Part shown: one piece after another, positions 36,231 through 46,073 of the stretch
Position numbering within the stretch: position 1 is the first letter of the stretch
How the letters are laid out: every line of letters begins with the position of its first letter
Origin: an uncultured virus (IMG/VR IMGVR_UViG_3300044612_003086)
Taxonomy: Duplodnaviria; Heunggongvirae; Uroviricota; Caudoviricetes
Length of the DNA stretch: 64,000 bases
Strand: one strand, 5' to 3'
Virus record (IMG/VR): IMGVR_UViG_3300044612_003086
Location: 62,001-126,000 of that record
Position numbers and translations under genes: made by a program
The notes under the pieces: generated by a model
The model's input: only the letters and a program-made list of their open reading frames with translations
Databases searched by the model: none
Told to the model about the DNA's origin: nothing

Positions 36231-36868
36231 GCGATTTAATGAATGGCGTTCACTTTGCAAAAGAATATGTAAATTCATATCTCCAGCAAGACATACCGAT
36301 AAGACTGGTTAGGTACAGAAACGGCTGGAACCTTCACTCCGGACAACTCCCTGACCCAGAGGACTACCTGGCCCATGAGCCATTGGCCATAGACCATTGG
36401 CCTTCGATAATTACCGTCGCTCTATCTACTGGACAAATGGAAAGAATTGGTTTTGCCGGGCCAGACCCCCTGTATCGAGTCTCGTACAACATGAGGACTT
36501 ACGTTTGGGTTAGAACCGAAGGAACTGCAGAGACGACATTAATGCGAGATAGATTAACAACTGTTGTTCGTTCTGCACTTTTGGACTACCCATGCTTAAA
36601 AGCATATGATTCAAGGACTTCTTTCAGGGCACTAATTGACGAATCAACCTTTCGTGAAGAGTTTTCGGACATTACCCTACTCAAGGGTGACCGGTTTATG
36701 GCTGGTGCATATATTGGTTATACATTAGAAATTGATGAAGTTGTGACGAGACTTGACATCGGAACCATGGACGAACTTCGTTTGGTCGTTAAATCTGTCT
36801 CTTCTGATGGCGCACTTCCATCAATGCTGGACGATGAGAATCAATCGGCAAGCGTTTCGCTTGGTTAG
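36227..36868 (+). CDS. Putative tail terminator/completion protein
   Basis: Position between neck and sheath genes; ATGA overlap. Confidence 0.55.
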   Translation: MSDLMNGVHFAKEYVNSYLQQDIPIRLVRYRNGWNLHSGQLPDPEDYLAHEPLAIDHWPSIITVALSTGQMERIGFAGPDPLYRVSYNMRTYVWVRTEGTAETTLMRDRLTTVVRSALLDYPCLKAYDSRTSFRALIDESTFREEFSDITLLKGDRFMAGAYIGYTLEIDEVVTRLDIGTMDELRLVVKSVSSDGALPSMLDDENQSASVSLG

Positions 36869-36998
36869 TATCGCTCCAGTATGTTTGGATTTTTCAATTT
36901 TAAGTTAAATAGATAGTTGCATAAAATAAACACTCCCTATCTGTACAATTGAAATCAACATACGGGATTCAACCCCAATACCGAATTAGGAAGGTCCT

Positions 36999-38453
36999 AT
37001 GCCTGGTGTAGTGATTTCAACTTCAGTAAGAACCGGCCCGTCAACGGCAACGGTTCGGCAGTCTTCGCAGCTCTTCATTGTTGGCCTCGCGGAGCGTGGA
37101 CCATCAACAGAGGCGGTGCTTGTAGAGAGCATCGCAGAATTCGAAGATGTTTTTGGCCCATACAAGTCAGACTCATACCTTCACCCATTGGTCGAGTGCT
37201 TCTTTGAAGAAGGCGGCACGCGCGCATATGTTGCTCGTGCAGTTGGTGCTTCGGCAACAGTTGGTGAATTGACACTTCAGTCTGGCGGCGATGACGCAAT
37301 GACAATCACGGCAAATGGTGCTGGCGATTGGTCATCAGACATTGAAGTTCAAGTAGAACACCCATCGGGTTCAACATTCAAAGTTAACTTGTTCTTTGAA
37401 GATAGTCTTGTCTACACAACTGGAACAGTTTCATCCGTTCCGCAGGCTGTAGGTAGAATCAATTTGAGCGCAGTCGCATCGCGCTACGTTGTTGCTTCAG
37501 TTGATGACGAAACACTTATCCCAGCCGTTCTTGCAGCCACAGCTCTTTCAGCTGGTGATGCAAATCAATCATCAGTAACGGATTCCACATATACAAGTGC
37601 TCTTGAGCTGTTTAATGACGCACTTGGAACAGGTGCTGTTGCATGTGCTGATTCTTACTCGAACACAATTAGCGCAAACCTGGTTACACATGCAAATGCG
37701 TACAGCAGAATCGCTCTTCTGTACCCAGCAGAAAATGCAACTGCCGCAAACGCAAAGACACTTGCAACAACTATCCAAGCAGCAGACCATGCAGAACATG
37801 CAGCCGTTTACCATCCTTGGGTGCAAGTTCCCACAACGGTTGCCGGTGTTACTCGTTTCATTCCGCCAGTTGGATATGTTGCTGGTAAGCGTGCAGCTGC
37901 ACACAACCAAACAGGTCCACATCTACCAGCCGCTGGTTTGATTTCTTCCGCACGATTCGTGAGCGGATTGAAGACAGACATCAACAAGACAGTTGGCGAT
38001 GACCTAGATGAGTACTCAGTAAATGCACTCAGAATTATCCAGAACACGGTTCGTATCTATGGTGCGCGCTCATGTTCATCAGACACAGACAACTTCCGCT
38101 ACATCACGCAGCAAGATGTTGTCAACTCAATCGTGTCAGAGTGCTACAGAAGCCTTGAGGACCTAGTGTTCAGCCCAATTGATGGCAGAAACACAATCTT
38201 CGCAAACGTCGAGGCTCGCCTCGTTGTAATTCTTGCAGCAATGCGCGACCTTGGTGCTCTTTACCCAGCGTTCGACGTAAATGGCAAGCAACTCGACAAC
38301 GGTTACACCGTGAAGTGCGATACATCGATTAACCCAGCGTCACAACTTCAGACAGGTCTCGTCAAGGCGAGAGTCGGTTTGCGAGTAAGCAGCGTTGGTG
38401 ACCAAATCGAAATCGATATCGTCAAGTCCAACCTAACCGCGTCAGTGGTATAA
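36999..38453 (+). CDS. Contractile tail sheath protein
   Basis: MPGV, G.AERGP, FFEEGG.RAYV.R, Y.PWV, PP.GYVAG, IYGARS. Confidence 0.92.
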   Translation: MPGVVISTSVRTGPSTATVRQSSQLFIVGLAERGPSTEAVLVESIAEFEDVFGPYKSDSYLHPLVECFFEEGGTRAYVARAVGASATVGELTLQSGGDDAMTITANGAGDWSSDIEVQVEHPSGSTFKVNLFFEDSLVYTTGTVSSVPQAVGRINLSAVASRYVVASVDDETLIPAVLAATALSAGDANQSSVTDSTYTSALELFNDALGTGAVACADSYSNTISANLVTHANAYSRIALLYPAENATAANAKTLATTIQAADHAEHAAVYHPWVQVPTTVAGVTRFIPPVGYVAGKRAAAHNQTGPHLPAAGLISSARFVSGLKTDINKTVGDDLDEYSVNALRIIQNTVRIYGARSCSSDTDNFRYITQQDVVNSIVSECYRSLEDLVFSPIDGRNTIFANVEARLVVILAAMRDLGALYPAFDVNGKQLDNGYTVKCDTSINPASQLQTGLVKARVGLRVSSVGDQIEIDIVKSNLTASVV

Positions 38454-38467
38454 CGGAGGAATAAACA

Positions 38468-38971
38468 ATGGCCAAAATAGCACAGCGTCAAGTACTTGCG
38501 GAAATTTTCCCAAGCAACTTCGCCAACAACGCCAAGCAGCAGACAAACGTTCAGACGAACCTGCCTAAGTGGACAGGATTCAAGTTTGCTCAGGTGTCGG
38601 GTGGCGAAATCACAGCCTCTGTAGAAAAAATCTACGAGGGTGGAAAGTCTCGCCCAACAGTTCTGTGTGCTCCTTCTGAAATAGGTGACATCACCTTGAC
38701 AGCCCACTACGACGACGATAACGTCGCAGCCGATACGGCTGCAGGTATTGCGGCAAAGATTCAGACGCTGCGCAAGTATGTCGGTGTTGCTTACTACAAC
38801 ATTACGGTATCTACTTACGACTGCGACATCAAGGACCCAACAAACGACCGCTACTACTACGATGCGCTGTTGGTTGGTATTACGGAGCCAGAGGGCGACT
38901 CGTCCTCGGGTGCTCCAGCTACCTTTGCTTTGACTTTCGCAATCTCAGACGTAACGTCAACATCTCGCTAA
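38468..38971 (+). CDS. Tail tube protein
   Basis: Follows sheath; FAQVSGGE....KIYEGG...DITL. Confidence 0.8.
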   Translation: MAKIAQRQVLAEIFPSNFANNAKQQTNVQTNLPKWTGFKFAQVSGGEITASVEKIYEGGKSRPTVLCAPSEIGDITLTAHYDDDNVAADTAAGIAAKIQTLRKYVGVAYYNITVSTYDCDIKDPTNDRYYYDALLVGITEPEGDSSSGAPATFALTFAISDVTSTSR

Positions 38972-39019
38972 ATTTGCTAGTTGCGCCACGAGGCGCACTG
39001 GTGTGATAGTTTCTCATAC

Positions 39020-39571
39020 ATGAGCGACAACACACTTTACACATCAGACGAAAACGAGCCAGCACGCAAGAAGGCAACAAAGGATGCTCAGTCATCCGGC
39101 CTTGTGCAGACCAAGGAAGAGTCACAACTAGAGCGTCTTCGCGCTGTGGTGAAGAAGAAGGTTGAACGTTCCTACGTTCTTATCCCTGTTCCGGAACGAC
39201 CTGGCGTGAGCATCAAAGTGAGCCCAAATATCACGCAAAGCCAAATGAAGAATTGGCGCAAAAATGCAGGTGAAGATTCGCGCAACGGTCTCGATGCAAC
39301 AAAGTTTGCTTGCTTGGTTATCGGTCACACCGCAACCGGAATCTTTATTGACGACGAAGAGGTGTTTGACGAAAATGGCAATTTCTTGAATTTCGCACAT
39401 CCGATAATTCTCGAAATGACAGAGGCAGCACGCCCTGTTCCAGACGCAGTTCGTGCGATGTTTGGCGTTGACCCACACGTGGAGTCTGCAGCACTTGCAA
39501 TTCTTGATGCCGCTGGATATTCGGATACGGTCGCAGCAGTGGACCCTACGAAGGAGTCTTCAGCGAATTAG
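39020..39571 (+). CDS. Tail assembly chaperone (gpG-like)
   Basis: Start revised to MSDNT (39020); lies between tube and tape measure; ends ...VDPTKESSAN. Confidence 0.75.
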   Translation: MSDNTLYTSDENEPARKKATKDAQSSGLVQTKEESQLERLRAVVKKKVERSYVLIPVPERPGVSIKVSPNITQSQMKNWRKNAGEDSRNGLDATKFACLVIGHTATGIFIDDEEVFDENGNFLNFAHPIILEMTEAARPVPDAVRAMFGVDPHVESAALAILDAAGYSDTVAAVDPTKESSAN

Positions 39572-39741
39572 TTGAAGATTCCGCAATAAAGTCAGCAGCT
39601 CGACTCGGTGAGCTGTTCCACACAAATCCGCTAGACCTATTGGCTGTAGAGGATGTTGACTGGTTGATGCTTTTGGCCTGTGCTAAAGTTATATCTAACG
39701 ACCGCGAAGAGCAAGAGCGTAAGTCGAAGACTCAGAGGTAG
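39544..39741 (+). CDS. -1-frame extension of the tail assembly chaperone (gpGT-like), absent from the ORF track
   Basis: Open -1 frame ...ELVEDSAIKSAARLGELFHTNPLDLLAVEDVDWLMLLACAKVISNDREEQERKSKTQR* with no start codon near its 5' end. Confidence 0.7.
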   Translation, partial: PYEGVFSELVEDSAIKSAARLGELFHTNPLDLLAVEDVDWLMLLACAKVISNDREEQERKSKTQR

Positions 39742-39816
39742 TACGGGAAACCCCAGAAACCCCATAGCTCGGCAGTTCCTTACACTCACGTGACTTAAAA
39801 CTCACCTGGAGCAGTA

Positions 39817-42800
39817 ATGGCCGACGAGACAGTCAATATAAAAATAAAGATTGATGCGAAGACTCGTGAACTTCGCAAGGTCATGGCTGAGCTTGGCGCG
39901 CTCAAGAAGATGGAGCGCCGTTTTGCTAGCGGTAGAACCATTGAAAACTACGCCCAATCCACCACCCGAAGTATTTCAGGTATGGCGTCAAAGTGGAAAC
40001 GCAGTTTCGATGAAATAGATGCTGCTACCAAGATGACTGGAAAGTTTCTTGGTGGCTTCTTGAAGCTCGCCATTAAGAGCGTAATTATAGAAATGGCGCT
40101 ACTTTCAGCAACAATGATTGGAGTTCACGCACTCTTCAAGGCTGGTCAATTCTTGGTCAAGGCGTACCAAGGAGCTATGCAGTTTTTAGCTGGTGGGGCT
40201 GCCGCAGCTGCGATGGCAATAGGAACAGTTGCTGCAGCAATACGTGAGCAGCAGGCAGCAATGTTTGCATATAGAGGAAAGGGAGCAAAAGAGTTCGGTT
40301 CATCCATGAATCAAACGAGAATGGCAATGCGAAACCTTCAATCAGATGTTTCGCTTGCAGGACTTGGTGTCGATTCGCTGAACAAGGCATTTGGCGTTAT
40401 GTCTAAGACCATGAATATGGCGCAGATAAATGCGAGCAATAAAACAATCCGAGCTTTGATGGATTTTGGTTCAGCAGGACAGGACCCAGCAAAAGCTGTT
40501 GAACAAGTTGCCGCAGTAGTCGCTGCTCTCTCTGACCAGAAAAAGGGAATCGGCGAGGTAATGGCCGAAGCAAAAAAACTCGGTCCAGAAATGCAAAAAG
40601 CACTGAAAGATGCGAATATTAAAACGAAAGACCAGTTTAAAGAGCTTTTATTTTCTGGAAAGCTTGCTGAAAAAGGAGGTGTTGCTGGACAGTTTGAAGC
40701 AGTAAACAACACACTCATCGGACAACTTAAAGCATATTTCGGAGTAATCCGTAGCGAATTTGCAGACTTCGGCGACCAGTTCCTTGAGCCAACCAAAAAA
40801 GCATTTGAAGAAGTATTTGGGATTATACGAAGAGACCTTGCTCGAGCAAGCGCAGCAATTGCCGGAGGTCCTGGATTCGATTCATTTACCGGTGGTTTTG
40901 TAACGGCAATAGACAAGCTGTCCAACTGGATGGTCACGATGTTGCGGGAGTATTTACCAAAAGCACAAGGAATGTTTGAAAGAATGGGCAATTGGTTTTC
41001 TAACTTCCGCCGTGGTTGGAACTTGCTTCTCGATAAGCTACGACCTCTCATAGATGGCGCTAGAGTTTTGTACAAAGCGTGGGACCCAATCTGGGAAGCC
41101 ATTAAGCGTGGCGCAGACAACCTTACTCTTTTCAGAGAATTGCTTATCAAGAATGAAGACAGTGTTGCCGAATTTGGGCAGCGCATAGGCGACTTGATTG
41201 ACAGCTTGGCTAAATATTTCATGAACATGAAAAAAATGTTTGCTGACATGGCTCCTTTTATAAACGACCTTCTCGCCGGAGTAAAAATGATGTTCGACCT
41301 TTTGTCGAAAATGCAAACTCTCGGTGCTGGAAATGGTCTTGCGTCCGCCCTTGCGCCTCTATTTGGTTTTGCTATAGCGGCACGAGGAATGAAGAGCGTT
41401 AAGGGCATGATGATGCCTGGCGTCGGCGCAATGAGTACCCAGCAAATGAACGTAACAGCAGGAACAGTAAATGTTGGAAGTGCTGCACTTACAGGACCAA
41501 CTGGCCCTTCGGAAATGTCAAGACTCGCCAGCGGAGGAAGGGCTGCAGCTGTCAGTGGTTCGCCGGAAGCAAAAAAGGGTCTCGCCTCAGGACTGGCTAC
41601 TGCTGGTATGGCATCGAAAGCTGGAGGTTCACCGAAAGAATTTCCAGGAGCTGGCTCCATTACTCCATCCACCGGATTCTTTCAGGCCCTTGGCATAGGG
41701 TATCGAGAGCCAACCAATAACGGGATGGCAGCAGCAACAGCCCGAAGGATTGAGGGATACGCACGGCGTCGCGATGCTGCGCTCGGGTTTACAACTGGCC
41801 CTGGCATTGGTTCGCGAATTGGTGCATCAATCATGGCACGCACTAGGGACTATGCATCAGCAGCAGCAATGACCCCGGCAGAAAGGGGTGGTCTCAGCGC
41901 ATCAGAATATGCCGCTGGCGGAGTTGGTGGTGGCGCTACATACGGAGAAGCAATGCGCAACTCAATGACGAGGGCCGGAGCGCATGTTCGTTATGGGGCA
42001 CTTGCAGGAGCCGATAGGGCTCAACTATTTGCGCGAAGAGTTGGTACTGCTGCTTCACGCGGCATGGACTACATGAGACAGGCTGCATATGACCCAAATC
42101 TAAAAAATGCTGACGGACAAACCGTGGGTGGATATGTAAACCTCCAGGAACAAAGAAATGCCATACGAGCAAACCGAGATTCAGCAATCGATGCACGCGG
42201 CGGAAAATTTCTCGCAAGGCAAGCAGAAAATATACGTGCCATGCGACAGAATTTACGCTTAGAAAGAAACATGACAAAATTCGGTGCAGCGCAGCAGAAA
42301 TTCGGTAAGAGCTTCGGTGGTCGAATGGGTACTGCGATGGGGCTTGGAATGGCCAGCCAGTATGCGCCAGAAGAAATGCGTGGAGCAATGGCGCTCGGCG
42401 CAACCGTATCGCAGCTTGACCCGCGACTTGGTATCGCGGTAGCTGGTATAGGTGGCGCCATGACTGCTCGTGGCGGACTCAAAGGCGGCCTTGCTGGAGC
42501 AGCTGGCGGAGCAGCGCTCGGCGCGCAGTTCGGAGGAGCATACGGAGCACTGGCTGGTGCGGTAATCGGAGGAGTATTTGGCGTAATCAAAGGCAGCATA
42601 AATAAAGGTGCTTATGAAATGAAGCAAGCCAGAGAAGTAGCTCGTGAAAGTATCAGGCAAATATTTTCCGGCATTGCAACTGCTGCTGGAACACAATTTG
42701 AAAGAAATAAAAGAACATACGAAGCTGGCGGCATGTTAAGCGGTGGCGGTGCGTTCGGCGATGTCGCCAAAGATTTTGTTTCCAGGAGGATGCGTGCAGC

Positions 42801-44529
42801 CACGGGAATACTCGCAATCTCAAGAACACAAAAACAAAAGGATTTGTATGGGAAGGGTGGCGGTCAAAAAACAATTGAAGAAGTCTTTCAGGAAGTATAT
42901 GCAAATCAAGAGAAGCTAGGAATCAGCATTCCAAAAAGCAAATACGAAGAAATAATGGGCAAGGGCAAATCCGGCAGAGATAAGCGTGCATATGGGTTTT
43001 TGAATGAACTTGGTTTTTCAGGTGTACAAGACGATAATCCATTTTTTCCAGATGACTACAGCAGTATGGAAAATGCAAGCATTGATGCAAAATTTCTTGC
43101 AAAAATGCAAGGATTTAAAGACATAGACAAGCAGGGCGACCTGCGCATGCAGTACCTTACAAAAATCACTGGAAAAAGCGGTGCGGAATTAGAAATTCTT
43201 GCAAAAAATCTTGGTGTAAACATATACGACCCGACGGTTAAATTCAATGAATTGTTAAAAGCGCTTGGCGAGAATGTTGTGAAAACAGCGCAAGAACTCA
43301 AAAATGCATTTGTTGATTTGTTCCTTGCAGCTGGAGATATATTTAGAAAACGTCGTGAAGGAAGAGAGTCCATACTTGCAATAAATTCTTCATCTCGAGG
43401 CCTTCGAGACACGCTTGTTTCAGGAGGCTTGAGTGATACAGAAAAAACTGTTGCCGTAGAAGGTTATTTTGAAAATTATTTCCAGCAGATATTGGCCTCA
43501 ACCGGTGGAGACCCTGTCGAAGCTTATCTTGCCACAGTTGGTTCATTTGGTACAGAAGGACAGGGCGTATATGCGCCTGGTCAGGTATTCGAGGGACAAT
43601 ATGGGGCCATTAATCCAAGCTACCAAACTGGAATACAAGAAGTTAAAAAAGGAATAGGAAATCAATACGGTGGTCAATTGCAGGCCATGCTTGGAGAATT
43701 AGGTTTTAACACTGACGCAAATATGGCTTCTCGACTAATCAGCGGTTTGAGCGACCAGGATATGACGAAGTTCTTGAATCTAACAAATAGGGGTGCGCTA
43801 TTTACTGGAGATAAAGGCGACTATACAGACGAGGACATAAGAAACATTCTATCGACGGTTGGTCTTGGTGGACTAGCGCTTGAACGGACACCAGAAGAAG
43901 CACTTAATGAAATTGCCAACAAGACTGCCGACTTAGCTACGGCATCAGAAGGACTGAAGTCCGCAGTTGAAGAATTCAATGGATACCTAGATGGATTCTT
44001 TGAAAACATGCAGGATAAACCAGAGTGGTGGTCAAAGTCTGCAATGGCTGAAATTATGAACCAGGACACCACAACTCCGCGTGGTGATACAACTTCAAGC
44101 AGGCTTTCGCAGACAATGGCCCGTCACGCAGCAATGGACAGCCAACTAACTGGCAAACGAAACGTAACATCCGCCTACAGAACAGTCGGACTTGGCTCAA
44201 TCAATTCAGACCATGTAACCGGAAGAGCGTATGACCTTACTGGCCAAAACCTTGGCGCATACTCGCGTCTTGTTCACGAAAACGGCGGGTTTGCAGAGTT
44301 CCACGGAACGCAAGCAAATCGACACCTACATGTAGTCCCAGCTAGAGCTGGAGACACTTCATCTCCCATGGCGCCTATGGGGATGTCAACAATGACAGCA
44401 GGTAGTGGTGGAAGCACAAACTACTTCAACATCGAGATTAATGGAGCAACGCAGTCACCAGAGGCAATCGCAAACATGGTGATGGCAAAGATTGCTGAAA
44501 AAGAAAGAAACGCCAGGGAGCGTAGCTAA
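39817..44529 (+). CDS. Tape measure protein with C-terminal M15-like (LAS) peptidase domain
   Basis: 1570-aa Ala/Gly-rich helical ORF after the chaperone; SDHVTGRAYD...HLHV zinc-peptidase motif. Confidence 0.88.
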   Translation: MADETVNIKIKIDAKTRELRKVMAELGALKKMERRFASGRTIENYAQSTTRSISGMASKWKRSFDEIDAATKMTGKFLGGFLKLAIKSVIIEMALLSATMIGVHALFKAGQFLVKAYQGAMQFLAGGAAAAAMAIGTVAAAIREQQAAMFAYRGKGAKEFGSSMNQTRMAMRNLQSDVSLAGLGVDSLNKAFGVMSKTMNMAQINASNKTIRALMDFGSAGQDPAKAVEQVAAVVAALSDQKKGIGEVMAEAKKLGPEMQKALKDANIKTKDQFKELLFSGKLAEKGGVAGQFEAVNNTLIGQLKAYFGVIRSEFADFGDQFLEPTKKAFEEVFGIIRRDLARASAAIAGGPGFDSFTGGFVTAIDKLSNWMVTMLREYLPKAQGMFERMGNWFSNFRRGWNLLLDKLRPLIDGARVLYKAWDPIWEAIKRGADNLTLFRELLIKNEDSVAEFGQRIGDLIDSLAKYFMNMKKMFADMAPFINDLLAGVKMMFDLLSKMQTLGAGNGLASALAPLFGFAIAARGMKSVKGMMMPGVGAMSTQQMNVTAGTVNVGSAALTGPTGPSEMSRLASGGRAAAVSGSPEAKKGLASGLATAGMASKAGGSPKEFPGAGSITPSTGFFQALGIGYREPTNNGMAAATARRIEGYARRRDAALGFTTGPGIGSRIGASIMARTRDYASAAAMTPAERGGLSASEYAAGGVGGGATYGEAMRNSMTRAGAHVRYGALAGADRAQLFARRVGTAASRGMDYMRQAAYDPNLKNADGQTVGGYVNLQEQRNAIRANRDSAIDARGGKFLARQAENIRAMRQNLRLERNMTKFGAAQQKFGKSFGGRMGTAMGLGMASQYAPEEMRGAMALGATVSQLDPRLGIAVAGIGGAMTARGGLKGGLAGAAGGAALGAQFGGAYGALAGAVIGGVFGVIKGSINKGAYEMKQAREVARESIRQIFSGIATAAGTQFERNKRTYEAGGMLSGGGAFGDVAKDFVSRRMRAATGILAISRTQKQKDLYGKGGGQKTIEEVFQEVYANQEKLGISIPKSKYEEIMGKGKSGRDKRAYGFLNELGFSGVQDDNPFFPDDYSSMENASIDAKFLAKMQGFKDIDKQGDLRMQYLTKITGKSGAELEILAKNLGVNIYDPTVKFNELLKALGENVVKTAQELKNAFVDLFLAAGDIFRKRREGRESILAINSSSRGLRDTLVSGGLSDTEKTVAVEGYFENYFQQILASTGGDPVEAYLATVGSFGTEGQGVYAPGQVFEGQYGAINPSYQTGIQEVKKGIGNQYGGQLQAMLGELGFNTDANMASRLISGLSDQDMTKFLNLTNRGALFTGDKGDYTDEDIRNILSTVGLGGLALERTPEEALNEIANKTADLATASEGLKSAVEEFNGYLDGFFENMQDKPEWWSKSAMAEIMNQDTTTPRGDTTSSRLSQTMARHAAMDSQLTGKRNVTSAYRTVGLGSINSDHVTGRAYDLTGQNLGAYSRLVHENGGFAEFHGTQANRHLHVVPARAGDTSSPMAPMGMSTMTAGSGGSTNYFNIEINGATQSPEAIANMVMAKIAEKERNARERS

Positions 44530-46064
44530 TGGCCTCAACCGGAACAATCAGACTCTTTACTATTGGGTATACGGCTTCAGATTCGTTAAGCCTATTTAAG
44601 AACTACCCACTTAAAAGAAAGTATATTCAAGTCGAAAATACGTCAACACCTGTTTTCCCGGAATCGTATTCTCTCGTGTCTGCGCAAAAATACTGGTTTC
44701 CATTTGCTGAAGTAACACCATCTGACGAAGAATACATAACATATACAAACGGGGATGAATATACATTTAGTGAACCAGACTTTCAACGGACCCCAGAGAA
44801 TTCAGCAAATCCGAATAAGAATAAAGTAAATGACTATTCTGTCGGAGCAAGAATAGTTTTTGGAAACGAAGTCTACGAGGCAGTAAATTACAAATTCAAC
44901 TGGTCAGACACTGAGTTTGACTATTCAAAAAATCCATATCTTTCTGATTCCATTTATAAATGGAAAAAACTCAGCGACTCATCTAACACTTGGATACAGT
45001 ATTGGTATCATCCACAGTTAAAAAGATTCTTCCCATTGGCCAACACAAACGCGCTTCAGTCATTGCCGGACGTTGGGGACTTTGACGCATCAAAATGGTC
45101 ATCTTTTATAGGTGACTCAGCAGACTTGAATTTGACGAATTTTACTAATTCGCAGATAAAAGAACTCGTGTCTGGTGGGCTATCTCTTCTTGCAGCTAAA
45201 ACGATAGTACTTGATGCTGATACACGAATTTCTAAAATATATAGCGGAACGATTGCCATGGATACGTTGCGCAAAACCGGAGCAATACAGAACTACGAAA
45301 ATGGATTAAGCACAAGTGGAACAACGGTTGTGGTATCTAAATCAACCGGTGGCTCAGAAGGGGAGGGTGGTGACTACTCATACTCCCTAGACCAGCCCCA
45401 GATGGTGCAGTTTTACAATAATCCAGATGGTTCAACAGCCCCAAGACCAGCACGTTTTGTTTTCGATTATCGCCCAAATAACGTTTCATATTCAAACATT
45501 GGCGCTGAATGGACCGAGATTCCGCGAGTAAATAATACGCCTTTTGTTGACTTCAAGAACTTCAAACTAATGAAGATTAGTTTCGAATTTTTGGTTGGCG
45601 ACAACAACAACATCTTCACCTCATGTGACGAAAAATTACGTGAACTTCGTACTATGGCCATGCGGCCAGAACCTGTCATATTTTTAGGTTTTGACTCAAT
45701 GTTCACCGAGCAACTCACCTACCCAACTTGGACCGGTGGAAGTGGAATCGTTTTTGCAATTGTCGATATGTCAATTACTTCTGTTCAGCGAACAAGGTCA
45801 AGTAATGATTCTGTATTTAGCCAGACACCAACAGGTGAAATAAACAGAGCAACAGTAAATATGTCAATTTTAGAATTGCCTCTAGAAACGCCGCTTATAG
45901 CAGTACTTCCAAAAATTACTCCAAGTACTTCAACTCCCGGAGGAACAACCAACAATCCAGATGACTTATGCACTCAGATATTCACTAAAAATCCAGGAAT
46001 ACCAGCGAATATTCGCGCAAAAATGCTGTCTACTGCTGGATGCCCTGGAATCCCAACTAAATAA
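44529..46064 (+). CDS. Putative tail tube initiator / baseplate protein
   Basis: C-terminal F.YRP..VSY......W.EI.R....P pattern; synteny after the tape measure. Confidence 0.6.
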   Translation: MASTGTIRLFTIGYTASDSLSLFKNYPLKRKYIQVENTSTPVFPESYSLVSAQKYWFPFAEVTPSDEEYITYTNGDEYTFSEPDFQRTPENSANPNKNKVNDYSVGARIVFGNEVYEAVNYKFNWSDTEFDYSKNPYLSDSIYKWKKLSDSSNTWIQYWYHPQLKRFFPLANTNALQSLPDVGDFDASKWSSFIGDSADLNLTNFTNSQIKELVSGGLSLLAAKTIVLDADTRISKIYSGTIAMDTLRKTGAIQNYENGLSTSGTTVVVSKSTGGSEGEGGDYSYSLDQPQMVQFYNNPDGSTAPRPARFVFDYRPNNVSYSNIGAEWTEIPRVNNTPFVDFKNFKLMKISFEFLVGDNNNIFTSCDEKLRELRTMAMRPEPVIFLGFDSMFTEQLTYPTWTGGSGIVFAIVDMSITSVQRTRSSNDSVFSQTPTGEINRATVNMSILELPLETPLIAVLPKITPSTSTPGGTTNNPDDLCTQIFTKNPGIPANIRAKMLSTAGCPGIPTK

Positions 46065-46073
46065 TGAGAACGA

